A stretch of DNA of 54,808 nucleotides, counting the filler, from Jimgerdemannia flammicorona (lineage: Eukaryota): NCBI GenBank assembly GCA_003990765.1. It is 3 parts of 3 records of this genome, joined end to end, with 100 filler letters (N's around TTAATTAATTAA, not from the genome) between each part and the next. Parts side by side here need not be neighbours in the genome. Positions count along the whole stretch, not along the records: positions 1 to 18,205 come from RBNJ01002263.1; positions 18,306 to 36,510 come from RBNJ01002264.1; 1 more part is not named here. One strand, given 5' to 3'. Position numbers and translations under genes: made by a program. How positions within the stretch are numbered: the first letter of the stretch is position 1; each line of letters starts with the position of its first letter. The notes beneath the pieces are model-generated. The model saw only the letters and a list, made by a program, of their open reading frames with translations. It did not search any database and was not told where the DNA came from. Below are positions 13,514-25,954 of the stretch, piece after piece.

Positions 13514-14630
13514 ATGAATGCAACCGCAAACCCTCTACAACCCGACGTCACCACGACCACCGCTGCCTGGGCATGGTTCAACTTTGCCTTCTCTTTCCTG
13601 AGCTGCGTGACCGTTAGCCACAAAGCTTATCGAGAACCCTCCAGGCTTCGATGGAGCTGTGTTGCTATGAGCGTCCTATGCGTGGTTTTGAGCCTCTCCA
13701 ACTCTCTGCGTGCCCGGTCGCAAATACCCGAGGACCCAGTTCTCATGTTCAAGTCCCTGCTCTTAATCCCGTTCATCAATCTCATGGTCGCCATTATGCT
13801 CGACACGGGCAGCAAGTTTTACGGCCTGGGCAATCCCATCAACTGGCTGTACTGGATCACCATCTTAGCAACGGTAGTGATCAATACGCTGATCATCGTG
13901 GGGATAGTGCTGGAGTACGGGTTGCTAATCGTTGACAGGGGCGCCTTCATCACGATGATTGGGAAGGTTGGCTATCCAGCCGCATTTTTCTTCGCCTTTT
14001 GGTACGCGTTTTACCCAGTGGTCAGCATGAGGAGAAGTGATAATACACGTCCATCAATCGTGGCTGTGGGTGTATGGTGAGTCATCCATACTTTTTTTTT
14101 TTTTTTTTTTTTCATACGATCGGTTTGTTGCATTAACCACTAATAATAATAACATGCCATTATTAGGTACTTGACGGGAATAGCCATACACAGCGCTGCT
14201 CAATTTTCTTTGATAGTCGTTTCGCTCGTTTATTCTCCCAAACACTTTAAAGATCTGGACATAAACAGGGTCGCTGCAATGGTTTTCCTCCGGTATGTGA
14301 TTGATTGCATGCGCGCATTGCTATACATTATCATTTGACCTCTTTCTTATATATCGACCTCACACAGAGTTTTATCGCATTATTTTTTAAAAAAAAATAA
14401 AAATAAAAATAAAAATAAAATAAAAAAGGGTGATTATGCTCAGTTTCTTAGCCTACCCTCCTCCTGACGTAGTCATCATTTTCATAAGGAAGAGGTTCTT
14501 TCCCAGTACTCTCCCGCACTCGATAGCTGGAATTCCGAACAATCTGGGCCGGGAGATTCCGTTGAAATCCACGAGCGACATAGCCTTCTCAACCATGTCG
14601 ACGGACCCAATTACAACAGACACCATATGA
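13514..14630 (+). CDS. Uncharacterised seven-transmembrane protein (GPCR-like topology); 3 exons, ~296 aa
   Basis: Exons 13514-14076, 14167-14292 and 14429-14630 give 891 nt in frame, with donors GTGAGT and GTATGT. The product has seven hydrophobic segments, an N-terminal NAT sequon and a Ser/Thr-rich polar tail. The last acceptor (AAG) was chosen because it preserves the frame. Confidence 0.7.
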
Positions 14631-15423
14631 TCCGCCTCAGGAATCACGTTTCCGGCCATCGACCCCGTCGTGCGACGGTGCCAGTTCGCCATGCGAATTG
14701 AAGTACCTTCAACCTTGGACCGCAATGTCACGTCGTTTGTTGTGCAAGAAACGGTGTGACCTCGAGATGGATGCTGGCCTTGCCTTCCTAGCCTCGTGTT
14801 CTCTGCTGACGTTCGCCTCCAAAGACCACCCGTCAATCGGGCTGAATCCGATCAGATCGTGTAGGCCATGTACGACACGTGGGCACCAACGATGATGACA
14901 CCTAACATATTTGGGCCTCCAATCCTTTCGTGTATAGTCGAAAAATGAATCATCACGGCGTCTAGTGTAAATAATTTAGTATTTGTCGGACGATAATTAT
15001 CACTTTTAGAATGGCTTGTGATCATGTAAATTTGTTCATGTCAATCCTTGTATGTACATGTTTTTATTAATTATATAACCAGCAACACCTAGGCTCCAAA
15101 TAAACAGCGCACGGCAGTAAGTCCACCGTCCACAGCGGTGGACGGACCAATGGTCCAATGGTGGAGGGACTTAGGATTCCGATTGCTGTCAGACATGAGT
15201 CTGCGACCCCCCCTTTCAGGCAACCGCAATATGTCATTGTCGTACCGGTCCCACATGTTGTCAATCAACAAAGCAATTATTATTATTATTATCCTCTTTC
15301 CCCTGAATATATACACTGAACACTTTTTTCTTTTTTTTTTTCTTTTTTTGTGTCGACCAAAGTATCCCCTCTTCCCTTTTCCCTTCACTTGCTCCTTTAT
15401 CTAGTGAATAACTTCCCCTTAAA

Positions 15424-17037
15424 ATGACAACCTCCTCCGCCAGAGTCCTCGAAGAGGGCCGTCTTTCCCCCGTACTCCAACGAGAGGAAGTTGATTACGA
15501 AAAGCAGCAATTTTCCGAGGTCGGCCTCAACGACACCCCCGACCACGCCCGTCACTTTTCTACCCCCACAAACCAGAAGCCCGTCCTCTCCGGCTTCAAC
15601 ACCGACGGCCTGCCCACCCTCGACCAGGTACTCACTCGTAAGACCTTACCCCCGGTCTGCCTTTACAACTACTACATCGTCCTTCGTGACCGCCTCCACG
15701 CTGAGGAGCAACTCGACTTCTACCTCGACGTCCGACATCACGAGAACCTCTGGCGACGCTTTCTCAAGGACGCTCGCAAGTCTGGCATCATCACCGAAGA
15801 GGACATTCAACTGGGCGGTCACCACCTCTTCAATCGTCTCTCCCATGCCTCCCTAAGCACCACCAACCAGCGTCCTTCCTCCCGCCTCTCCGACTTCCCC
15901 CTCGCCTCCGACCGCCCTTCCTCCCCCTCCACCGGCCGCAACTCGCCCCTTCCCGGCGCTTCGCTCACCAGCAACCCTAGTAACCGCTACCCGACCTCCG
16001 ACACTGAAGAGATCAGCACCGACCCGCGCGACCGCGACGACCCGGAGGGGCTGCAGGCCGCCCTGGGCCCTCGCAACTCCATGGTGGACCCCTCGCAGGC
16101 TGGCCGCTCCGCGAAGCCGCGCCCAACCCGTGCAGAGATCAAGGCCTCGGCCGAGCGAATCTACCACAAGTATATCATGCCGTCCGCAATTAAGGAGTTG
16201 CGTCAGCTCCCCGACCCTGTTCGCCGGAGGATCAAGCAAGCCATCGAGAACGAGGGCCGGGACAATCCGGAGGTGTTTTTGGAGGCAAAGAAGCTCGTAT
16301 TCGACGCCATGGAGGTCGAGGCCTTCCCGAGGTTCCTAAGGGCAAAAGTCTGGAGCAACACCACCATTCCCGAAGCGTTGATACGGTTGGTGATCGGTCT
16401 GATATTCCTATTCCTAGGGTTCTCGATGGTACTCAGCTTTGTGTTTTTGGACTGGGGTCCGGATTGGCAAAAGTGGACTGTCAGGATTTGGGTGAGTAGG
16501 ATAGAACGAGGTCGCTCGGATATTTATTTTTATTCATGGTCAGACGAGCGATTTGCGATTCGCGATTTGCGATTTGCGATTTTATTTTTATTATCATTCC
16601 CGTTCTCACTTACCCAATATTAACCTCATTTTTCGGCAACTCTAGGCCATGCTTCCCATCTGGGTCGGCGTCCTTAATCTCCTCATTTATCAGACGGAAT
16701 TGGATCCAATTTGGGTCCTAATATTCGGCGTCAGGTTGGTTCATTTTTATTTATTTATTTATTATTCGAATAATTATTCGAATAATTATTCGTTTCCCTT
16801 CATTTTTTTTAGCATTGCTCCTACTGAGCACATTCTTCTTCCGCCTTTTAACTATGTCATTCCTGCACTCCTTATCCAAACCACAGCGAAACCACAACGT
16901 TTCATTTCAACCGTATCCGTGAGAAGAAGGTCCACTCAATCCTCATTAGCCGTTCCATCTGGCTCCTGATCGTCAGCATCTTGATCTCCGCCATCGTCAC
17001 CCTCATATTCTGCGTCGTACCGGGGCACAGGCTTTAA
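15424..17037 (+). CDS. RAX1: RAX1-like RGS-domain membrane protein (polarity/bud-site landmark family); 3 exons, 435 aa
   Basis: Exons 15424-16491, 16646-16734 and 16887-17037. It shows LPTLDQVLTRKTLPPVCLYNYY...LDFYLDV, a split RGS domain (SAERIYHKYI...AMEVEAFPRFLRAK), three C-terminal TM segments and terminal VPGHRL. Confidence 0.9.
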
Positions 17038-18205
17038 GTGTCGTGGGTGGGCGGCATGGCGGATGGGTCAGGTTAGTCGATTATAAAACATGCGGCGGAA
17101 GTTTCGATTCGCCGCCTGAAGTGAGCGATTTTCTGGAGATGCCCGGTTTAAACTGGGACTCACCCATGGATTGTGATGTCTGTGTGGGAGAAAGCTACAG
17201 CGCGCTGTTCGATTTCCGCCCACCTTCCTAATGAACTTGTAATTTTCTTTGCTTTGTGTCCTGATTCGTGTGGATTGGAGCGAGCGAGGTCGTCGAAGGA
17301 TGCAACTCGACCATAAAATGCCAGCCCATCCGTCTCGAATTATATACCCTCTGTAATCAGTACTTTTATTTTCTTGCAAAGTGCAATTTTTAGAGTGACA
17401 GTTTATTAATGGTTGGGACAGGGCTGAGTTGTAATTTTTGGAATTCTATACAAAACACATCTCAGTCAAAATAATTAGTACTCGAGATATTTTTAGACAT
17501 CCTTGACAGGCCGTGCGCATTGTGTACTAATTATCTATAATGGTCCGTGCATTGCATAGATGCTTCCAAATGAGGACACTTGGATCTTTCATTCGCCCAT
17601 ACTATGCTCGCTCTTTTCATACTATTATGCGAATAATAGATGAATATATATTATTTATTTGGTTAAACTTGACAAGTATGAAAGATTATACAAAAAACGT
17701 GCAAGCAAAAAAGAAGGTGAAAGGTTGTTTTGACGCGGGTGAGTTGGTACATAGTAGTGAGTCGCGTATATCGACTACTTTGTACTTTTCACATCAAAGG
17801 AACTGCCTGTACAGAACAGTCATTTGATTGACGCAATTTATTGAAATGCACAAGGACATGCTTTTACCAAAATAATACCGTAAAACATTCAAGATCTCGG
17901 CTCGTAGACTAATATAAACGTGGAAGAGACAATAGTGCAATATGTCAGAGCTACTCCAAAGAAACGACTTCCAGGCAACCGAATGTTTCACTTACTGCGT
18001 TCTTCCAGTATTACGTTCTCTTCCGACGAATCCAATACCCAGTTCGTTGTCAAGATATGCGGTAATTGTGACCGCCTGCGGGAGTGACATTTCCGAAATG
18101 TCACCATCAGGTTTTGAACAAAAAACAAAACACCCCTCCCCCTCCTCTCTTCCCCCCCTCTCCCCTCCCCTCCCCTCTTCCCCCCCTCTCCCCTCCCCTC
18201 CCCTC

Positions 18206-18305
18206 NNNNNNNNNNNNNNNNNNNNNNNNNNNNNNNNNNNNNNNNNNNNTTAATTAATTAANNNNNNNNNNNNNNNNNNNNNNNNNNNNNNNNNNNNNNN
18301 NNNNN
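18206..18305. other. Artificial contig linker (N-run, TTAATTAATTAA, N-run)
   Basis: 100-bp spacer with a six-frame stop cassette at 18250-18261. Confidence 0.98.
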
Positions 18306-18329
18306 AAAAAAAAAAAAAAAAAAAAAAAT

Positions 18330-21200
18330 AGTAATTGAAAAGACTTAAGGAGGACTACATCAGTATTTTGCTCCTTAAGTCAAGAAAGAATGAGCTTAAG
18401 GGGACTTGGTTGTATGCCTGCCAAAGGTCAAGAAAGATATAGTGGCTCAATCTCTTGGCCCATATCTCATTCAAGAGCAAGACATAGGAGAGAAATGAGA
18501 AGTGAGTTTATAAACTATCTTGGTAGTACAAAATCTCTGTCAGACCACTATAGGTTTTGAAATAATCTTCCAAACACTGCTCAAAGAGTTGGTGAAACAT
18601 CTCAGTGAGAGCAATAGGATGAAAACTATTGATTGTCTGGGATTCCTCCTTCTTGGGGATTAGAGAGATAATGGCAATGTTCTAATAGCAGAGAGTGAGT
18701 CCACAAACCATACATAACTAAGAAGAAAGACAAGGCTTTCAACAGGCTATAGTGGGCATCCTTCTCACCTGCTATCACCTGAAAGATCCAGACATACAAG
18801 AAGTCAGTACCACAGGCCTTCATGAAGGAGTGGTTATAGATGGTACTCTAGACTATAGGTTGGTTGAATGGCTGCAGTCCAAGGGCCCCCATGCTAAGAG
18901 AGAAGATATCCTCAGAGTTGTCAAGATATAAGATAGTATTCTGGTGCCCAAAAATTATAGTAAAATAGAATACCACATCATAAAATCTAGAAGAGCAGAG
19001 GAGTGAGATTGAAGAAGAGCAGGCAGGGTAGAGTAGTATGCTCACTTAAAACCATAAATGATATTAGAGACTGAGGATGTACTGTGAAGAAGGTCCTGTT
19101 ACAGAAGCAGTACTGCTCTGATTTCCCTAGTGTCATATGAGCCCAGAATGTTCTTACAGATAGACTATAGACCAGATATCAAAAGAGAGTCAAGGGAATC
19201 TACAAACTGCTATTGATCTTCTACAGAGTAAAAGCCAGAGATATGGTCCTGAACACAGTAGATAGACCTGATAATGGTAGTATAAATAATATCTGAAGAT
19301 TTCTGAAGATGGAACTTGGATAACTAGGTTGATCAGATATTTTACAGAGAAATAGTAGACACTAGCCAAGATAGCAACCAGTAAGGAAGAGAAAAGAAAG
19401 AGATGGTGAGAAGAGAGAGGTGGTCAGTAGTAATAAGAGGGGTAGAGTAGGTGAGAGATATGTGGAGAGACACAGTAGTGAACATATGATCAATGTGTGT
19501 GGATCCAGCCACTAAGGTCAAATGATTCAATGACTATGTCATCTTAGAGATATCAATACCATCTGATCATAAGGACTAGAGTTGAAATCACAATGCAGAT
19601 ACCAAAGTATATATTGATATCAACAATTATAAGAGCCTTACTCAGAAAGAGACCAGATACAAGATCTCAGAAACCACCAATAGGAAGAGAGAGTAGAGCA
19701 TAAACTCCAACCAATGCTAAGCCCTAGAACATGAGCTAAATATTGAAAGAGTTGGCAGAGGACCCAGAAATATTGAGGGTAAAATGGTTTAATATAAGGA
19801 CTATAAGACCACCATTCTGGTGACCTATGATCCTAAGTAATACCAGAGAATAAAATATATGAATAAGTGGAGAGTGATACTTTAAAATATACAATATTTC
19901 ACAAATGAAAAGAATGTTAAGGGTGTGACCAATCAATCAACTGAGAATATTGAACCTGTTTTCAGTTAGTCTATGTATATTGAGAAACCTGACTCTCATT
20001 GTGGGCTAAGTACATTAGCACTAATAGCTGGGGAGACACCTGAAGCAAAGGCTTTCATCTTGAGATTTATTGCCATTTTACTTGTTATGGCAACAGTACC
20101 ATCTATCTTCAAAGTAGGGCCAGCTAATGGGGAGGCAAGGGAGGGAAGGGTAAGACTAAGTTCTGTAGCCCATATCTTATAGAAGTTCTGTACCACAGGC
20201 CATATTACCAGCCAACTATTAGTCCCAGGCATAGAAGGATTAGAGGATCTGTACATTCATAACCTCTATAGTATTCTTGTTTTGGGGGAGTATAGGGTCT
20301 CAGACTGAGAGTACTAAGAACCTGAGTACCTTTATCTTCTTTTGAAACATCATGATATAATCAGAATATAAAAGAAATTCAATGATTAATACCAAGATAT
20401 ATGACATATTGAGAACTTTTGATAACATCACATAGATATTGTATAGGTTCTTCTTGATCTGCCCAATCTTCAAATAGCAAAGCCATCAATATAAATACAC
20501 TACAGCTAAGTGCCCTTCTCAGCTAGTGACAAATGAGAGATCAGCTTGTGAGTCATATATAATAGAGCAGCTACAGCAGTAGCTCTCTCTGGCTCAGGGT
20601 ATGCCTGGCTCTTATCTTTGATATAAATCTTCTTGGCAGTGGCAGTATATGATTTGAGAAAGACAAGAGTCAAGATGGGGGACAGATGGACTAGCAGTAC
20701 TAGGTCCTGCAGGTATAATCTGGAGCACAAGCTCAGGGGCCTTGGCTTTGCTCTTTTTCAAGAGTATGGTTTTGGTGACCAAAGGCATAACTATGGGAGT
20801 TGTCTCCTTATGAAGTATACTAGACTGTGATATAGTAGCTTTAGTAGTTCACTTGTTTACTCATTTCTGGACCTCCAACTATATGTTTATGACAAGACTA
20901 GTAAGAGGGAAGGCCAAAGACTTTTGGGGGTAGTAGTGGATAGAGCAGTGAAGATACTTCTCAAAGGGGCACCAGATGATAGAAGGATGATGGATGCAGA
21001 TTATACAGTAAGCTGCACCATTAGTTGAGTATTAATTTTGACCAAATTGGTCACTTGAGTCAGCAGATCTGAGATCTGCTTTCTCATGACAGCCATCTCT
21101 TTGATCAAATCAGAGTTGGTTGAGAGGCTTGTATGACTGGCAGTCAGGGTCATATCTAAACTAATGTTTGGGCAATCATACTTATCGTATGTAAGGGGTA
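18330..21200 (-). mobile_element. Decayed LINE (non-LTR retrotransposon): ORF1 plus ORF2 (APE endonuclease and start of RT), cut by the contig end
   Basis: Minus-strand relics: ORF1-like region ~21150-20000; APE-like ILFICE, GHQNGGL, VGVYA..LIIVDIN; RT motif IFLDLWQAYNQVP (from FLDLxxAYDRVP) near 18400. There are many stops. 18330-19450 is homologous to 24820-25950. Confidence 0.75.
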
Positions 21201-22139
21201 GGGGTATAGGAGAGAAGACAGAGTACTGGGCATTATGGTCTGAATCAGAGGTGATTGTGATCTCCTTATTATCCTCTACATTATATAGTAAAGATAAATA
21301 TACTAATATTGATTATATATACTAATACAATATACATATCACTATAAGGATACTCTTGCCAAAGTCAAGAGAGAGAAGGCTGATATTGTAGGATTTAGTA
21401 TAGTAGAGAGAAATGCTAAAGTACATAAAGAGATAGATCTCATTTGCATTATTACCGATAATAGAGAAGTTGGCTGAAATTGCTGAAATAGGCAGAGATG
21501 GGTTTGTTTGTTTGTTTGAAATTGTAAAAAATAAGTCATATGATCTTTATTTATATAATTAAAAAATAATAGTCAAGTAGGGTATTTATACCTATTGAGA
21601 GGCCTAGCTAATCAAAGTGATTGCTTTCTTAATTTGGAAAGGCTTTGGGCCATAAAGCCAAGGCTAGCCAAATAGGGAAATCATGTGTTAGAGTTAGGTT
21701 AGGGCTAGGGTTAGAGCTAGGCTTCAAGTAAGGATTTAATTATTATAAAAAAGAAAAGATACATCAGAGCAATAAAAGATAAAAACTCCTAAGATGAGAA
21801 AGCAAAAAGAGACCAGTGAAGTAAATAACGAGCTAAGAAAAATAAAATAAGTTTAAAGAAGTAATTACTCTATAGACAGACTGGATAAACCATTTAGTCA
21901 TGACTGTAAAGATAACAAATACAAAAAGCAAAGTGAGAGAAGCTAAAGAAAATATACATAAGTCTGATATCAACTATAGGAATAATATTGACAACCAAAT
22001 ACCAAGTGGCTAATATGAGATATATAACTCAATATGCTCTCAACAATAAGGAATCAACTGAGACAAATGAGATAAAGAAAGAAATTAAGAAAATGCATAA
22101 TTATCTAATCACTCAAGCATATTCATAATTTTGCTCAGA

Positions 22140-25100
22140 TAGAACCTGACTACAAGGTAGCTACAGAATTATACATAGCATTGATAGTATAGTAGGCAGT
22201 CTCATAAAGAGCATGAAGAGAGTAGGCATGAAGTTCTTCCTGTCACTCTTCATTAGTAAACTAGTCAAGTTGTTCATGACTAGTATTATCTTGAAAGACT
22301 GAATATGAACCATCAAGAAGACCACACCTATGGAGATGGTCATAATAAAACTTATCTATATAGAGGCAGGGGCAGAGTTGGCCAAAGTAGCTATAGTACC
22401 AGATAAGGGCAGATTTCCAGAAGAGTCGACTGCCCAGAGTCCTCGTTTGCACCATGTCCACTCCACGCGTCCACCAGCTCACCACCGCCCCAATCACAAC
22501 CCATGCCTTCACCCACGACAGGGAGAAGCTCGCCATCTGCCCCAACACCAATGAGGTCCACATCTACAAGTCGCTTGGTGATAACTGGACCTTGGAACAT
22601 ACTCTCAGCGATCATGACCAAATAGTCACCAGCGTTGACATCGCCCCAAACACGAACCGTATCGTAACCTGCTCGCAGGACCGCAATGCGTATGTGTGGT
22701 CCTTCGATGGTCTTCATTGGAAGCAGACCTTAGTGTTGCTGCGTATCAACCGCGCTGCTACTTATGTCCGCTAGTCCCCCAATGGGGACAACTTTGCGGG
22801 CCAGCGGTGCGCGCGCTATCTCCATCTGTTACTTTGAGGAGGACAACGATTGGTGGGTCAGCAAGCACCTAAAGAAACCCATCCGCTCTACCGTCCTTTC
22901 CGTCGACTGGCACCCGGACAACGTCCTCCTGGCTGCCGGCTCCGCCGAAAACAAAGCCCGTGTATTCTCCGCTTTCATTAAAGGTGTCGACAAAAGACCT
23001 TTTCCCAGCGTGTGGGGCGACAAATTGCCTTTCAACACCGTCTGCGGCGAGTTCTCTAGTCGCGGTTGGGTACATGATGTCGCATTCTCTCCATCAGGCG
23101 ACGCACTGGCCTTTACTGGTCATGACGCATCTGTACATGTCGTTTACCCCGTTCCCGACCAGGCTCCTGTCGTCGTCACCATCGATACTCCTAGCCTACC
23201 TTACCTCTCTCTCTTCTGGGCCTCTGAGAACAGTATCGTTGCAGCTGGACATGATTGTGCGCCGGCCTTGTTCGAAAAATCCAATGGCCAGGATTGGCAT
23301 CTGTCGGGCTCCCTCGACCAAGGCAAGAAGAAGGTATCTGCTGATGCCAGCGTTCTCAACCGATTCCGGCAGTTGGATTCGCGTGGGCAGGCCGACCTTA
23401 ACACGACCCATCAAAACACCATCACTCAAATCTTGCCTTATGCTGGCACTCGCGATAACATTACCCATTTCTCTACTTCGGGTGTTGACGGCAAGCTTGT
23501 CATTTGGGAACTCGATCCAAGCCGTGTCTCGGCCATCCTCTCCAATCTGAAGATCTAGATCTAGATCGTCAATATTTGGGAGCTTCGGGCAATCAAGTTG
23601 AGATTGGGAAGACACGCAGCGATACTATGTATTTGTCGTGTGCTTACGGTAGTGATCCTAATGGCAAAGTAAATAATGACATAACAAAAACCGAGCATAC
23701 AGATTACACACAAAACACTTGTATGTTTGCTTGAGAGAAATTTTTAATCCGATTCGTGCACTGAGATACGTTAGGCACATCCTTTATTTGGTGTCGTTGT
23801 ACAAGTGTCCTCTCAAAAAAAAAAAAAAAAGGGCAGATTGCACAAGTCAGGAGAAAAGGAAATGACATGGTCAGCCCTCTGTGACTGCAAACAGCCATGG
23901 GGCATGATGTACTGAATGAGAGCCTGAGAGGAGGAGAACCATTTCTGTAACAACTGATCCCAAAGGAAAGACTGAAGGAAGGAGCAGAGTAAGTGAGTCT
24001 TATGGACCTAGGGATGATGTCTCAGTATCAGTCAAGGAAGTCAAGCCAAGAGATCCAATACCAGAACTTATCAATAATAGAACCTAGGAGATGTATGATA
24101 AAGTGCTTGCTGAGAGAGCTGATGGAATTGTTACCAGACTTGCTATACTAATCCATATGGGCTTGGAACATATAGCAGAAATCTGACATTCAATAAGAAA
24201 GGAAGAGAGGCCAAGAATTGAACTACCAAGCAGAGCTGACTAGAAAATCCAACTGCCCAAGTGATAGTATCATCAAAGACCTACTTGGAATGTTTTAACA
24301 TCTTTAGTAGTTGTCAGATAGGATACTTATAGAAGTAGAAGGCTATACTCTAGCTAAGGCCTAATGAAGATATATATAATGACTGGTTTGACTATTGGTA
24401 ACTAGAGGGAACTATGGATATAGCAGAAACCAAAAGTTTATTCTGACTTCACTGTATTCTGTAATATAAGATCAATAAAGTCAAATTCTTTATTAGTATA
24501 TAAGATGCCCAGATATATATAGAGGGGTGGTTATGGTCATGGCTCATCCCCAATCAGTACAGTACAGTCAGCTGGATCAATATAACTACACTTCTCAGAG
24601 TTGAGCTCTATACTGTTCACTGTGAGTCAATTCTCACAAAAGTCAATTATCCTTTAACTCTCACCAGTAGTACAAGGAGTAAGGACAATATCATCAGTAA
24701 AGAAGAGTCTGAGGGAGAAGTCATACTCCTTAAACTGCTTATCAAAAGAGGTGGCAAGAGGATTGATGAAGATGTTGAAGAGCCAAGAGGAGAGAAGAGA
24801 GATCTGGAAGAGACTATGAATGATGCTAGAAGGGCTACATCAGTATCTTATTTCTCAAGATAGGAGAGAATAAGCTTAAAGGAGACTTGATTGTATGTCT
24901 GCCAGAGGTCAAAAAAGACATAGTGGCTTCATTTCTTAGCCCATGTCTAATGCAAGAGCAAGATATAGGAGAGAGAAGAGAAGTGGGTTTGGAAGCCACT
25001 CTGGCAGAATGATATTTCAATCAGACAACTTCAGATTTTGACATAACCTTCGAAATACTGCTCAAAGAGTCAGTAAAATATCTCTATAAGAGCAATAGGG

Positions 25101-25954
25101 TGAAAACTATCAATCATCTGGGCTTCCTCCTTCTAGGGATTCAGAGAGATGATAGTGGTATTCTAGTGGCAGAGAGTGAGTCCTCAAACTACACACAACT
25201 GGAAGAAGAAGAACATGACTTTTGACAGGCTACAAGGGGTATTATTCTTGCCTACTATCACTTGAAGGATCCAGATATGTAAGGAGTCAGCACTACAGGT
25301 CTTTGTGAGAGAGTAGCTATAGATGGCCCTCCAGACCACAGATTGATCAAACCAAGACTATAGTCCAAGAGCCTCTATGCTAAGAGAGAAGATATCCTCA
25401 GAGTCCATCAAGATACAAGATAGTATTCAGCTGTCCAAAAATAATTATAAAATAGGACACCACATCATTAAATATCAGAAGAGAAGAAGAGTGAGATTAG
25501 AGTAGAGAAGGTAGAGTAGAGTAATATAATTGCTTAAAACCACAAATAATATTAGAGACTGAGGATAATTTGTGAAGAAGGTATTGCTGTGGGAGTGATA
25601 CTGTCCTGATTTTCCTAGCATCATATGAGCCCAGGATGTCCTTATAGATAGACTATAGACCAGAGTTCAAAAGAGAGTTAAGGGAATCCACAAACTACTG
25701 GTAATCTTCTACAGAGTAAAAGCCAGAGATATAGTCTTGAACAAAGTAGATGGACCTGAAAATGGTATCACAAATAATATCCTAAGGTTCCTGAAGATAG
25801 ACTTAGACAATCAGATCAGTCTGATATTTCACAGAGAAATGGCAGACAATAGCTAAGATAGCAACCAGCAAGAGAAAGAAGAGAAAGGAGATAGTGAGAA
25901 GGAAGGAGTGATTGGTAGTAACAGAAGAGAGGAGTAGATAAGAGATATATAGAG
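22140..25954 (-). mobile_element. Second decayed LINE copy (RT and C-terminal Cys/His region), interrupted by the ARPC1 retrocopy
   Basis: Translation near 24600-24830 reads SLFQISLLSSWLFNIFINPLA...LFFTDDIVL...LNSEKC (RT QG/ADD region). A C-terminal W...CPCL...HLHRCGLL relic at 22320-22410 continues across the retrocopy. Confidence 0.8.
22416..23830 (+). pseudogene. ARPC1: Processed retrocopy of ARPC1/ARC40 (Arp2/3 complex WD40 subunit)
   Basis: Intronless coding region 22454-23558 with [26 protein letters not shown] and WWVSKHLKKPIRSTVLS. It has a nonsense TGG>TAG at 22772 and a frameshift near 22799. It includes a 38-nt 5' leader, a 3' UTR and A16 at 23815-23830. The direct repeat AAGGGCAGATT lies at 22405-22415 and 23829-23839. 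Confidence 0.93.

Noticed and set aside
21690..21722. TTAGGG-like motifs
   Set aside because: Only about five degenerate units, internal to a contig; too weak to call a telomere relic.
22764..23558. 264-aa ORF as a functional truncated ARPC1
   Set aside because: Its start is out of frame with the true N-terminus and arises from the frameshift. It lacks the first WD40 blades.
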